From: Octopus bimaculoides
Lineage: Eukaryota
NCBI RefSeq assembly: GCF_001194135.2
Contig: NC_068993.1
Coordinates: 12,467,100 to 12,511,858 of the forward strand
Length of the DNA stretch: 44,759 nt
Direction: 5' to 3'
In this document: piece after piece, positions 10,339 to 22,613 of the stretch
How positions within the stretch are numbered: position 1 is the first letter of the stretch
Layout: every line of letters starts with the position of its first letter
Made by a program: the position numbers and the translations under genes
The notes under the pieces: model-generated
What the model was told of the DNA's origin: nothing
Database searches by the model: none
The model's input: the letters and a program-made list of their open reading frames with translations, nothing else

Positions 10339-11979
10339 TCTCCTGAAATTCCGTCCATCAGTCATTTTCATTGTTATATATGCTTTTTTTTTATCTTCTA
10401 ATTGTTTTGATCATTATACTGCAGCCATGCTGAACACTGCGTTGAAGAATTTTTTAATCGAACGTATCGATCCTCGTGCATATTTTTTTTAACCTGTTAC
10501 ATATTCTTCACGTCCTCTTACCGAACCGCCAATTCACAAGGACTTGAAAGCACACAGACACACACACACGCACACACACACACTTACACACACACACACA
10601 CATACACACACACAAAGACACATATACACACAAAGACATACACACATGNNNNNNNNNNNNNNNNNNNNNNNNNNNNNNNNNNNNNNNNNNNNNNNNNNNN
10701 NNNNNNNNNNNNNNNNNNNNNNNNNNNNNNNNNNNNNNNNNNNNNNNNNNNNNNNNNNNNNNNNNNNNNNNNNNNNNNNNNNNNNNNNNNNNNNNNNNNN
10801 NNNNNNNNNNNNNNNNNNNNNNNNNNNNNNNNNNNNNNNNNNNNNNNNNNNNNNNNNNNNNNNNNNNNNNNNNNNNNNNNNNNNNNNNNNNNNNNNNNNN
10901 NNNNNNNNNNNNNNNNNNNNNNNNNNNNNNNNNNNNNNNNNNNNNNNNNNNNNNNNNNNNNNNNNNNNNNNNNNNNNNNNNNNNNNNNNNNNNNNNNNNN
11001 NNNNNNNNNNNNNNNNNNNNNNNNNNNNNNNNNNNNNNNNNNNNNNNNNNNNNNNNNNNNNNNNNNNNNNNNNNNNNNNNNNNNNNNNNNNNNNNNNNNN
11101 NNNNNNNNNNNNNNNNNNNNNNNNNNNNNNNNNNNNNNNNNNNNNNNNNNNNNNNNNNNNNNNNNNNNNNNNNNNNNNNNNNNNNNNNNNNNNNNNNNNN
11201 NNNNNNNNNNNNNNNNNNNNNNNNNNNNNNNNNNNNNNNNNNNNNNNNNNNNNNNNNNNNNNNNNNNNNNNNNNNNNNNNNNNNNNNNNNNNNNNNNNTA
11301 TATATATATATATATGTATATGTGTGTGTGTGTGTGTGTGTGTGAATATCCAAGTATTTTAGCAGATTTCAGTATGCCAAAGTATCAGCTGGCAGGTGAC
11401 AATGAAATGGGACTTTCAGTCATTCTCCATTCACTGAACAAAGGAAATAAATATGATTATACGTACAACACAATAGCTTTTGTCATCCGTTACAGACCGT
11501 TGAACTTTTTGCAAGGTGCAAATCTAGGTAGAGTTTGCACATGCCCTAAGTCGCCTCTCTCTCTCTCTCCCCTCCTCATACATGCTGTCCAAGCGAAAGA
11601 GCAGAGACATTCCCCTCCCCACCAGCTTGACGTTAGTTTGATTGCAAGCGATACGGAGAAAGATTAAAAGTCAAAACTACCGATGCTCTACTGCTTACAA
11701 TATTTGAGTGACTGGGACTGGGTTGGTACTGTATTATTCTATAACAGTGAAAGGTGATGAAAAGCAAAATTTTCTTTCATGGGACTAAAACTCAAATTAC
11801 TCAGATTTAGAACAATAACGCAAGGCTTTCAATCCGGTGCTCTACTTTTCCCGTTGATGTGCGTGAGTGTCTGCGTATGTGTGTGTGTGTATGTGAGAGA
11901 GAGAGAGATTGCATGAATGTATATATATATATATATATAGCTTACATATGAATATAAATATATACGCGCACACACACAC

Positions 11980-12010
<31 letters not shown>

Positions 12011-12554
12011 TNNNNNNNNNNNNNNNNNNNNNNNNNNNNNNNNNNNNNNNNNNNNNNNNNNNNNNNNNNNNNNNNNNNNNNNNNNNNNNNNNNNNNNNNN
12101 NNNNNNNNNNNNNNNNNNNNNNNNNNNNNNNNNNNNNNNNNNNNNNNNNNNNNNNNNNNNNNNNNNNNNNNNNNNNNNNNNNNNNNNNNNNNNNNNNNNN
12201 NNNNNNNNNNNNNNNNNNNNNNNNNNNNNNNNNNNNNNNNNNNNNNNNNNNNNNNNNNNNNNNNNNNNNNNNNNNNNNNNNNNNNNACATATATATAAAA
12301 ATGTATTATATCCTAAGACCTAAAACCTAAACACCACTCAAACCCACACAACCAAGGAAAAGTTAAACTGAACAGAGACTATATAATACGATAATTTACT
12401 TCAATTCATCACAGTCAGACGATGGTTTAATTGGCCGAAACTTCGAAGTCACTGTCGATGATATTCTTGTTTAAGAATAATAAATATGTACTCTACAGAA
12501 TTATAGAGAATCCCGAATAATTCATCAAATTAATTTAAAATTGCGTTTGATAGT

Positions 12555-12760
12555 ACCACATGGTTCTGGTTTGAATCTCACTGCGTGGCACCTTGGCAAG
12601 TGTCTTCTATTATAGCCTCGTGCCGAATAAAGCCTTGTGGGTGGATCTGGTAGACGGAAACTGAAAGAAGCCCGTCGTATATCTATACATATGTGTATAT
12701 GTGTGTGTGTGTATGTTTGTGTGTCTGTGTTTGTCCAATGTCGCTTGACAACTGATGTTT
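12555..12760 (+). mobile_element. SINE family A with internal (TA)/(TG) tract
   Basis: accacatggttctggtttgaatctcactgcgtggcaccttggcaagtgtcttctattatagcctcg...agacggaaactgaaagaagcccgtcgtata. Confidence 0.85.
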
Positions 12761-12778
12761 GATAGTACTGAACAGAAT

Positions 12779-12912
12779 TGGCACTCTGTCGGTTATGACA
12801 ACGAGAGTTTCAGTTGATCAGATCAACGGAACAGCCTGCTCGTTAAATTAACGTGCAAGTAGCTGAGCACGCCAGAGACACGTGTAACCGCAACGTAGTT
12901 CTCGGGAAGATT
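12779..12912 (-). mobile_element. SINE family B, 3' fragment
   Basis: Aligns to 15368-15500 (ttggcactc...gatcaacggaacagcctgctcg...aacgtagttctcggg). Confidence 0.85.
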
Positions 12913-13365
12913 TGTAACCACTTCAACATGACTGTTCGTTCGATTTTTTTCAACCCGAAGAGGACATCTCTAGCTGGTTAACAATGCTGCGCTGCATCCG
13001 ATAATGTTGAAATGGCTACGAATATTACTTTTTAGTACAACTACAGAGATTTTAGAACAAGCGTTTTTGCTTGTTGCCAAATCATCGACTGTGTTCACTT
13101 GAAATATAAATATTCCTAGTAAAAGTGAGCTACTACCATCTCTAGAAGACAAGCTGTCCATTACTGAAGAAATAGCTGGAAAACCAGGACTTGTCTGTTG
13201 GTCCCGTGGCTAGAATGTGGTAGGGATTCGCCCCCCGGCTCACAATTTATCAGATGCAGCTCTGCATCGTTAACCAGCTAAAGGAGATGTCCTCTTGGAT
13301 TCGAAAAAATCGCAGTAGAGTCCGTTCGAACGAACAGCCATGTTGATGTGTCTACGAATATTACC
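12911..13365. mobile_element. Non-autonomous DNA transposon (MITE-like) with ~80-100 bp imperfect TIRs
   Basis: 12923-13004 is the inverted complement of 13247-13346 (tcaacatg.ctgttcgttcga, gaggacatctc, tagctggttaac.atgc.g.gctgcatc.gataa). The right end, cgaatattacc, is followed by TA. Confidence 0.8.
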
Positions 13366-14734
13366 TATATATATATAGTCATATAGAGAAAAAGTGTGAG
13401 TAAGATATATTTATGTTTTAAGTAACGACTCGGTTACAACTCATAAATGATTTTAAAACTTACAAGTGACAGTTAAAGGGATAAATTATTTAACGACATC
13501 TCCCTGCAAAAGACAAATGCGTTAGTTAGTGGTAATCTATTTTATACACAAAACATTTATTAAAAATCTGACTCGAAATTTAGACGTCTACGGTGAGAGA
13601 GAATCGAAGATTACTTTATGACTAATATTATTTTCCTGCTTTTAGGAATCAGTTAAGCTAGTAAAAGGAATCAAATCGATTGTTGTTGATATGAATGATA
13701 TATATATATATATATTATTTACATATATAGTTTCTTATATCTACCTCAATAAATGAAAATAGGTATAAAAATCAAAAGGTTAGCCCAAATTTCAAAACAA
13801 ATAATAAACGTCAAAATTGTTTGGGTGTGAAGGATCACAAAACATTCACTTCTTTCCTTCTCTTTTTCTCCTTTCTTTCTTACAATAGACCAATCCTTAT
13901 TGACCGTTTGACCTCAATTTCTAGAAGCGAAACAAAGGAATCATATTAGACCGGTAATTCTAGTTATTAACAGATGACCTCACCTGAAAGAACGATTGAT
14001 AGTCAAGCTAGATAAAAGCAAAAGAAAAGAAAAACAGCGTTTGTTCTATTATAAATTGTATACGTTGAGAGATTTCGGTTCGCCTAACCACACGTTTTTA
14101 TATTCTTTCATGGGTGAATAGCACGCCTTTCTTTAAATCTTAGTATACAAAGCGATAGGAGAACCCTGGATTAAGGGTCTACTTAATGAGTTCTTTTCAT
14201 AATAATTTTTTTTTTAATATATAGCTTTTTTTTTCCTTGTTTTATTGGTAAAAAGTTTATTAATAAGATTCGGTGAAGGTAACGAAAATGTTGATGGAGT
14301 TGATCTCTCTCTCTTGCTCTCTTTCTCCCTCCCGCTCTCTTTCACATAAATATATGTATTTGTATGTGTGCGTGCGTGTGTGTGTGTGTGTATTTGTACG
14401 TGCGTGCGTGTGTGTGTGAGTGTGTGTGTGTTTATGAAGTGTATTGAATTTTCAACACTTGGTAGTTGCAGGCAAATGTCTACAGCATCATCTGTTACAC
14501 CTCCGAATTGTAGGGGTGTGTGCAGCATTGTGTGTTCTTTTCTGTTGTTGGAAATGTACGAACTCTTCCCGGTATATTATGGCGTCCGTTTTTTCTCCTC
14601 CTAGGGTGTGATACTGTCTCTTATTGTATTACTGCTTGTATTTTGTTTTCAGCGTGTAGGTACTTTACGATCTGAGGAAAGTACCAAATGTACTGGGACC
14701 TATGCTATTGACTAACGCTCTTCTCTCAAAATTG

Positions 14735-14875
14735 CTGGTGTGTTTGCGTCCCCGTAACTTAGGGGTTCGTCAAAATAGACCGATAGAATAAGTACTAGGC
14801 TTACAAAGAATAACTCCCGGTGCTCCAGCTTGGCCGCAGTCAAATGACTGAAACAAGTAAAAGAGTAAAATAGAG
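14735..14875 (+). mobile_element. SINE family A, 3' tail segment
   Basis: ggtgtgtttgcgtccccgtaacttaggggttcg...ggtgctccagcttggccgcagtcaaatgactgaaacaagtaaaagag is similar to 23780-23985. Confidence 0.7.
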
Positions 14876-14888
14876 TGCGTATATATAT

Positions 14889-14956
<68 letters not shown>

Positions 14957-15128
14957 TGCAGAATTTGTTCCGGTTCGTCATGTCATGTTTTGAGACAAAG
15001 TTTGCTGAGATCAACTTTGCCGTCCTTCAAAAATATAAGTTAAATACTGTTTTGGATAGTATCGACTAACCCTTTCCTTCAAAATTGTTGATCATACACC
15101 TATAGTAGGAGCAGTTACTATTTTTATA

Positions 15129-16015
15129 ATTTGTTAATAGTTTATTTTGCCTGAAACATTTATGAAAGATTCTTTAAAACTGTACTCCATCAAGGTCACA
15201 TACAAACCACGACACAATTAGCAAGTTCTTCAAACACATCTCTGTTGCTTTATCTTAACTCTTCCTATAGATCGAACTATAAGATATGTCGATCTTAACA
15301 ATGACTTGTAATATGTGTTTAATTAGAAGGTAATAGCAGAGATAGATTTGTGCAAGAATATGTTGTTGGCACTCCGTCGCTTACGACGTCGAGGATTCCA
15401 GTTGATACGATCAACGGAACAGTCTGCTCGTGAAATTAACGTGCAAGTGGCTGAGCACTCCACAGACGCGTGTACCCTTAACGTAGTTTTCGGGGATATT
15501 CAGCGTGATACAGTGGGACAAGGCTGACCCTTTGAATTACAGGCACAACAGAAACAGGAAGAAAGAGTGAGAGAAAGTTGTGGTGAAAGAGTACAGCAGG
15601 TTTCGCCACCATCCCCTGCCGGGGCCTCATGGAGCTTTAGGTGTTTTCGCTCAATAAACGCTCACAACGCCCGGTCTGGGAATCGAAACCGTGATCCTAT
15701 GACCGCGAGTCCGCTGCCCTAACCAATGGGACATTGCGCCTCCACAAGTGCAAGAATAACAGTGACATTAACAGTAATAATTATTATTCATATCATTTGT
15801 TAATTGTTTATTTTGGCTGAAACAGCTATGAAAGGTCTTTTAAATTGTAGTCCATCACAGTAACAAACAAACCACTGCGTAATTAACTCACTCTTTAAAC
15901 ACAACATTGTTGCCTTATCTTGGCTGTTCCAATAAACTCACCTATCAGATATGTCGGCCTTAACAACGATTTATAAAATGTGCTTAATTAGAAGGTAATA
16001 GAAGAAACAAATTTG
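15129..16015 (+). repeat. Old ~220-bp direct duplication (15129-15350 and 15795-16015) with a SINE between the units
   Basis: Colinear shared blocks: atttgttaat.gtttattttg.ctgaaaca, tccatca, caaaccac, ttatctt, agatatgtcg..cttaacaa.ga, ttaattagaaggtaatag. Confidence 0.8.
15361..15745 (-). mobile_element. Full-length SINE family B with an 11-bp TSD
   Basis: tRNA-like head gtggaggcgcaatgtcccattggttagggcagcgg...ggtttcgattccc and tail cctcgacgtcgtaagcgacggagtgccaacaaca. The TSD gtgcaagaata is at 15350-15360 and 15748-15758. Confidence 0.9.
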
Positions 16016-16699
16016 CCGTTCTGTCATTTGTCGAGAAAGTTTTGGTCAAAAGCAGAGAAAATAATAAGTGTATGAATAACACTCTCAGTATCTGCACCAA
16101 CAACATTTATAGTAGCATAAGCGACACCGTCGCCATTAATACACGGCGGAAATTCAAGATGCTTTCACATTCTACTATCACTCAATAATTCTTAGTGAAT
16201 TAATTGTTAAGCAAATCAATGGAATCGAGAGATTTGCGCCTGAAGTCTTGAGAATACAAAGAATATTCTGGAAGCGTGCCAAAATTGCTTCCGTCTTAGC
16301 TGGAGAATGTTTACTCAATATATTTTTGAGAAATAAATTAGTATGGTGAGTGACGGTGGTTGGGTTGGGTAAGGGCGCAGAGACGGAATCATTCAATGGT
16401 TTTTGTCATGAAGATATTACCTGATAAATAAAAGTAAAGATATGTAAATCGATAAGACCTCCAGTGATCTAATAGGATCCTCTAAGCTGTTAGGATATTT
16501 TGTTAGCGGAACAAAGAACTCGGAAAAGGATCAATGATAGATTGATATTGCTTAGATTTCTGTATTCACTTTCTTTGAAAAGAAAGAATAGTATTTTGAC
16601 AATCGGGTTAAGACACATATAGAGTTTGCAAAGCATATGAATAGATAAAACGTTCCTTTTGACGTTCATGATTTCGATATAAACTTTTCGTTAAATGTT

Positions 16700-16780
16700 T
16701 TATCATAATCGTGATCATCACCATGATCAACATCATAATCAATACGATCACCATTATCATCATCATCATCATCATCATCA

Positions 16781-16838
<58 letters not shown>

Positions 16839-16910
16839 CATTATTATTATTATTATTATTATTATCATTATTATTATTATTATTATTATTATTTTTAGTA
16901 GTAGTAGTAA

Positions 16911-16949
<39 letters not shown>
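16700..16949. repeat. Compound (ATC)/(ATT)/(AGT) microsatellite
   Basis: Read directly from the sequence; explains the poly-I/Y/H/S ORFs. Confidence 0.95.
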
Positions 16950-18441
16950 CATATTTCCAACAGCTTTATGCGAATGTCTACAGCACCATGAGTTGCACTT
17001 CCGTTTCTTAGGTATATGCTATGTTCTGCTTTGTTTTGCTTTACATTTTTTTTACATTACTTTTCATCGTCGGAAGTGTAGAATTGTGTTTGTGTGTTAA
17101 ATCTATGTCGCTTTTGTTATGAAATTTGTATTGGTGTTGCTTCAATTAATTTGTTGTTTCAAATCTTTGTTATGTCTATGCACTTTCTGAGATGTGTTAT
17201 TTTGTTAGATGCTATTATTTGTTAAGAGGTTGTTAGTATATTTAATTAAGATGATTCTTTAATGAACGTCCTGCCAAATAATTAATAATCTGCTGTGGCC
17301 TTTCTTCACAATTTTATTTTGATATCATTCAATAGATTTATGTATCTCATAAATGATTTAATTAGCTTAATCTCAAAATATTTATTTGGATTTATCTCAC
17401 AGCAAAATTTACACTTTATAAAAGATCATTAAAAAATATATTGAAACCATTACACAAAACCCTTTTTGTGACCTGCTATACCCTCTGTCCTTTGCAGTTC
17501 ACATTCCCGAATTATGGTGCAAAGAAAGATCTCAGTCTACATCCGCCACCCAGGATATCACTCCACGCTCATCGAACACTATTTTCTATACACTTTTTTA
17601 ACCTCCTGTTTAGTCAATGACAGAAAATTACGGAGTCATTCCACTTGCCCCCTCGTTCATCTAGCCGCACGTCATAGCATCTCTCTCTCAGTTTTTTTCT
17701 CTCTGACTCCCTCTCTCACTTTTTCTGTCTCTGGCTTTCTTTTTCACACACACACACACACACACATACACACACACACACATACACACACACACACACA
17801 CACATACACACACACACTCCCTCTCACTCACCCCCTCTCTCTCCTGCGATGTGCCCAAGGTGCAACATAGATGGTAACCTGAAGCTACCAATAACTCAAC
17901 TCATGTCTCATATCGCATCCATCTTTCTACTTTATCACTAGAAATCTCGGTTTCTCGCGAATTCTCACTGATTCTACAGAATATACTGTCAGGGACCTGC
18001 ACTGCAGGCAAGATCATGCCCTTGCTCTATATTGCTTCGCCTCCTCCCCTTAAACATCATGGGTTCATTACAGGCTTTTCACTCCTCGAATGACTACGCC
18101 TGATGAGCTCCTTCTGAAACAAGCCTTAAAAACATTCATGTTGCATGGGGCCAAATTGAACCATTTGAAATAATATATATATCAGATTCAGATTTTAAAC
18201 AATTTTGAGCAATACAGAACTCTGAAAACATTGTGTGTGGATTTTATTTTTCAAACACAGTTCGCATTATAACTGTCGTTAGCACAATCTAACGGAGCAT
18301 TTATAAGCCTTATTTTGAACTTAATATTTCATAGAGTAAATGCGCATTACATATATCAACACGCATATTTACGATAAAATATGAAAGTGACAGTCGTAAT
18401 GTAATCGATGTTTAATCTAGCAGTTGAATGAAGCATATATG

Positions 18442-18523
<82 letters not shown>

Positions 18524-18580
18524 AGTGAGAGAGAGAGAGAGAAAGATAACGAGGATTATGCATATATTTANNNNNNNNNN

Positions 18581-18624
<44 letters not shown>

Positions 18625-18661
18625 TAAGTACACACACACACATACACACACAGAGACAGAC

Positions 18662-18699
<38 letters not shown>

Positions 18700-19013
18700 G
18701 TGCGTATATGTGTATGTGTGCTGGAATACCTATTTATGTATATGTGTTCATGGATGTGTGTTTGTCTGTTCTTCAATAGTCTAGTGTGTAGTGTTGCATG
18801 TATTGTCTATACGTAATCATGCATCTCCAAACTTTTGAAACCAGTATATTTATGGAAGGCATTCATATTCATTTTTATGTGAAGTTCATAGAAAGTTCAC
18901 AAACAAAAATTCGATAAATATAGAATACAGCAATAATTAAGAAAAGCGATCTAAACAAATTAGCAAATCTCAGTTTCTGCCATACATATCATCTCATCTA
19001 TATATATGAATAG

Positions 19014-19046
<33 letters not shown>

Positions 19047-19472
19047 TGTATGTATGTACGTACGTATGTATGTATGTGTGTGTGCTTATGTATAATATGT
19101 TATATGGTCTGGCGTTTTATGTACATATGCATATATGTATGTGTGTGCATGTGTATGTGCGTGTGTCCGCACGTGCTTGTGTGTGTGCTCGCACGTGTTT
19201 GTGTGTATGCTTGTGTATAATGTCATATGTTCTGAAAATACAGCACATCATTTTTATCCATGCAAAATATTTTGCCAATTAATTTTTTAAACATACACAC
19301 AAATACATATATATTAGAGAAATATGGACTCTGCAATTACCATGCAATTCAATACATACATACATGCATGCATACATATATATATGCCTATATTAATGGA
19401 AATATACATATCTATATATGAACACTCTCTCTCACACATATGTACGTATATTTATGTAGGGGTATAAATGTA

Positions 19473-19504
<32 letters not shown>

Positions 19505-20299
19505 NNNNNNNNNNNNNNNNNNNNNNNNNNNNNNNNNNNNNNNNNNNNNNNNNNNNNNNNNNNNNNNNNNNNNNNNNNNNNNNNNNNNNNNNNNNNNNNN
19601 NNNNNNNNNNNNNNNNNNNNNNNNNNNNNNNNNNNNNNNNNNNNNNNNNNNNNNNNNNNNNNNNNNNNNNNNNNNNNNNNNNNNNNNNNNNNNNNNNNNN
19701 NNNNNNNNNNNNNNNNNNNNNNNNNNNNNNNNNNNNNNNNNNNNNNNNNNNNNNNNNNNNNNNNNNNNNNNNNNNNNNNNNNNNNNNNNNNNNNNNNNNN
19801 NNNNNNNNNNNNNNNNNNNNNNNNNNNNNNNNNNNNNNNNNNNNNNNNNNNNNNNNNNNNNNNNNNNNNNNNNNNNNNNNNNNNNNNNNNNNNNNNNNNN
19901 NNNNNNNNNNNNNNNNNNNNNNNNNNNNNNNNNNNNNNNNNNNNNNNNNNNNCCTGGATGAGACCGCAAAGGCATTTCTGCATAGCGAAATAATCTTCAT
20001 ATTTCAACAGAAAATATAAAGATAGTATAAGTAATTATAAATTTAAATTAGAAAAAGAAAAACCTCGTTTTCTGTTCATTTTGTTGGGGTTTTTTGGGGG
20101 TTTTTTTTGGGTTTTTTTGGGTTTTTTTTGTTTTTTTTTTTCATTCCTGCAACAAGGATTCACAACTCTTAAATGAATGATTCGGAGAACTCAATAGATG
20201 CTGTTGCCCGGGAGGGCGAGGAATAAGAACAAATGAATGGTGCAGTCTTCGGTGTGATGAGTGATAATCAGCGTAATAATATTAGTATTTTTATTAAGA

Positions 20300-20420
20300 G
20301 CAGCAACAGCAGCAGTAGCAGTAGCAATTGTAGTAATAGTAGTATTTGTAGTAGTAGCAGCAGGAGCAGGAGCAACAGCGATATTAGTGGCATCAATAGA
20401 ACCAGCAGCAGCGGCAGAGA

Positions 20421-20471
<51 letters not shown>

Positions 20472-20608
20472 CAGCAGCTGCAGCCATAATAGTGCAGCAA
20501 CAGAACCACCACGAGCCCCAGTAGTAGTAGTAGGAGTAGTAGTAGTGATTGTGGTAGTGGTAGCAACAATTCTTGTAGTAGCGACAGCAGGACCAGTACC
20601 AGTAGTAA

Positions 20609-20664
<56 letters not shown>

Positions 20665-20665
20665 A

Positions 20666-20700
<35 letters not shown>

Positions 20701-20810
20701 ATTATTGATCTAGTAGTAGTTATTGTCGGAGCATCGGCATCAGCAGCAGTAAATTTGGTAGGAGGTGTGATGGTGGTTGTGATGGTGGTTGTGATGGTGG
20801 TGACGATATT
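20300..20810. repeat. Degenerate (AGT)/(AGC)/(GGT) trinucleotide region
   Basis: Read directly from the sequence; explains the poly-S/V ORF 20233-20973. Confidence 0.9.
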
Positions 20811-20969
20811 TCAAATTGACTCACATCCACTGGTGTGTATGCATGAAAGTTTAAATATGCAAAGAAGCCCTGTAAACGCATCTTTCTTAATTTGTCAATC
20901 CCAGTATAAAAGAGATGGAGGAATTATTGCAAGGTTGCTACAATCGTTTCTTAATCCTCTTTATACTCA

Positions 20970-21954
20970 CTAGCTGAATCCCCACCCTTCGGCCAGTCAA
21001 TCAGATATTACTTATTTAAACTCCTATTCGTAGTTTGAAAGTAAAAAAGTGGCATTTACAACTATTTTCGTAAAGAATTTCCATACAGAAACCGTTGTCA
21101 GCGTAGGTTCCTTTCATACCCTTATACCCTGAATCCAAAGCTAATATATGCACATTATTTCCAGAACCAAAGCCAATATATGCACAGAACCAAAACCGAT
21201 ATATGTCCATTGTTCTCAGAACCAAACAGGGCTTCCGTTATTTCAGTCCACTTTGGGTTGATTGTCATAGTGATGAAGTAGTCTGGCTTTCCAAACCCTC
21301 ACACCAGAGCTATTCCAGCTTGGAAACACTCCCTGTAAAACCGAGGATAACTAGCATGTGATGGCGGAAGAATGATTTTAGACCCTACATCTTTCATGTC
21401 ACCATTTGCAATATCATCCAGAAGGCTCTGGTACTTTTCAGCCTTAAGTTGTTTCTGTTGACTTCTCAGGCAGTGTAATCGATCTTGCTCTATTTTTGCA
21501 TATCGATGTACTACATATTGTTGCATCAGACGTCGAATTTCCATTATGCCATTGAACTCATCCTTTCTTACCTGAAGCCGGTAAGAATGAAAGTCACATT
21601 CAGTGATATAGGGAAACCGAAGTACATAATGAAGAAGGTCATAGCTTCTGTGGATTTGACTAATGTAGTCAAAATTCCCATCGCTCTTTCTGTACTGCAC
21701 AACAACATCCGCAGGTTTAATGTTTGGTTTATTGGTATCATCTCCCGCCATGATCTGCGATCATTTCGACATCTGACATGGGGTATCCGTTGGACCTGTA
21801 CATGTAATGTCGATCTGATGGAGGAACTGAGATTATGTCTACAAAAACGTTTGATCACGATAAACAAATCATTTGTGTGGTTGTAACCCTCATACGTCGC
21901 CTAACGGCCTAACGGCCGAACGACAAACGAGTCCATCATATATATATAAAGAGA
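20970..21954 (-). mobile_element. Internally deleted Helitron (~985 bp)
   Basis: The 5' end reads TCTCTTTATATATATATGA, the interior is a Rep remnant, and the 3' end reads ggccgaagggtggggattcagCTAG|T (CTAG at 20970-20973). The 5' flanking base is C rather than the canonical A, and the subterminal hairpin is degenerate. Confidence 0.75.
21227..21751 (-). pseudogene. Helitron Rep/helicase N-terminal remnant
   Basis: ...HRSYDLLHYVLRFPY..FHSYRLQVR..LMQQYVVHRYAKIEQDRL..QKQLKAEKYQSLLD..KIILPPS..GIALV*GFGKPDYFITMTINPKWTEITEAL. Rep motif 1 (GKPDxFITxTxNPxWxEI) follows in frame after a TGA at 21301-21299, likely decayed from CGA. Confidence 0.9.
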
Positions 21955-21964
21955 GTGAGAGAGA

Positions 21965-22120
21965 CGACAGGCTTCTACGCAGTTTCCGTCTACAAAATTC
22001 CAGCTGAGGGCATTAATAGGATCATGGCTATAGTAAAAGGTATTTTCCCAAAGTGCCGTGCTGTGGGATTGAATCCGAAATCACGTAGTTGCCAGATGAG
22101 CTTCTTAATCACAATTTAGT
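21965..22120 (-). mobile_element. Diverged SINE family A
   Basis: gacaggcttctacgcagtttccgtctacaaa...gctatagtaaaag...gtgggattgaatccgaaatcacgt. Confidence 0.7.
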
Positions 22121-22280
22121 TTTGCATCTGTAAATTTGGTCAAACAATGAAGCTCGGTCGTGGATAGGTAAAAGTTAATTATAGGTCAGATACAGGGCCT
22201 TGATCTTTATATTATGCACCAGCAACACCTCTGTATCAAACAGGGGTCCACATCTTCATTTGCCTTACATGTGATCCTTT

Positions 22281-22475
22281 CTACTATAGGCACAAAGCCC
22301 GAATTTTTGGGGGCAAGGGGTGGATGTCGATGACATCAACTCCAAAGTGGTGCGTAACTGGTATTTATTTTATCGAATCCAAAAGAATGACAGGCAAAGT
22401 CCACCTCGGTGGAATTTGAACTTAGAACGTAAGAACGGACGAAACACCGATAAGCGTGTTGCCCGGCGTAACATC
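22281..22475 (-). mobile_element. SINE family C
   Basis: ggcacaaagcc...actggtatttattttatcgaatccaaaagaatgacaggcaaagtccacctcggtggaatttgaacttagaacgtaag. Confidence 0.8.
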
Positions 22476-22522
22476 TCGCCGTATTATTTGCCCGGCGTAA
22501 CATCTCGCCGTATTATTTGCCC
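22459..22522. repeat. 29-bp tandem duplication (2.2 copies)
   Basis: ttgcccggcgtaacatctcgccgtattat occurs at 22459-22487 and 22488-22516, followed by ttgccc. Confidence 0.95.
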
Positions 22523-22613
22523 TGTATGTAATGAAACTTAATGTAATTGTTACAATATTTAGAGCTGGTTATTGTTTTTTTTCTTTTTCTGTTTACCTGT
22601 ATGTTATACACAG

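Noticed and set aside
11341-11560. Open frame containing ILADFSMPK (kinase DFG-like)
   Set aside because: It lacks the DFG glycine and surrounding kinase motifs, and ORFs of this length are expected by chance.
18095-18125. CTGATGA...GAAAC second hammerhead candidate
   Set aside because: gctccttct cannot form stem II, and no stem I/III pairing is evident.
20233-20973. 246-aa Ser/Val-rich ORF, and all poly-I/L/Y/N and IY/HT/CV ORFs
   Set aside because: They are translations of microsatellites or N gaps, with no domain content.
20956-21952. 9-bp inverted match ctctttata/tataaagag around the Helitron, suggesting Helentron sub-TIRs
   Set aside because: One copy lies outside the CTAG terminus, and it is short and low-complexity.
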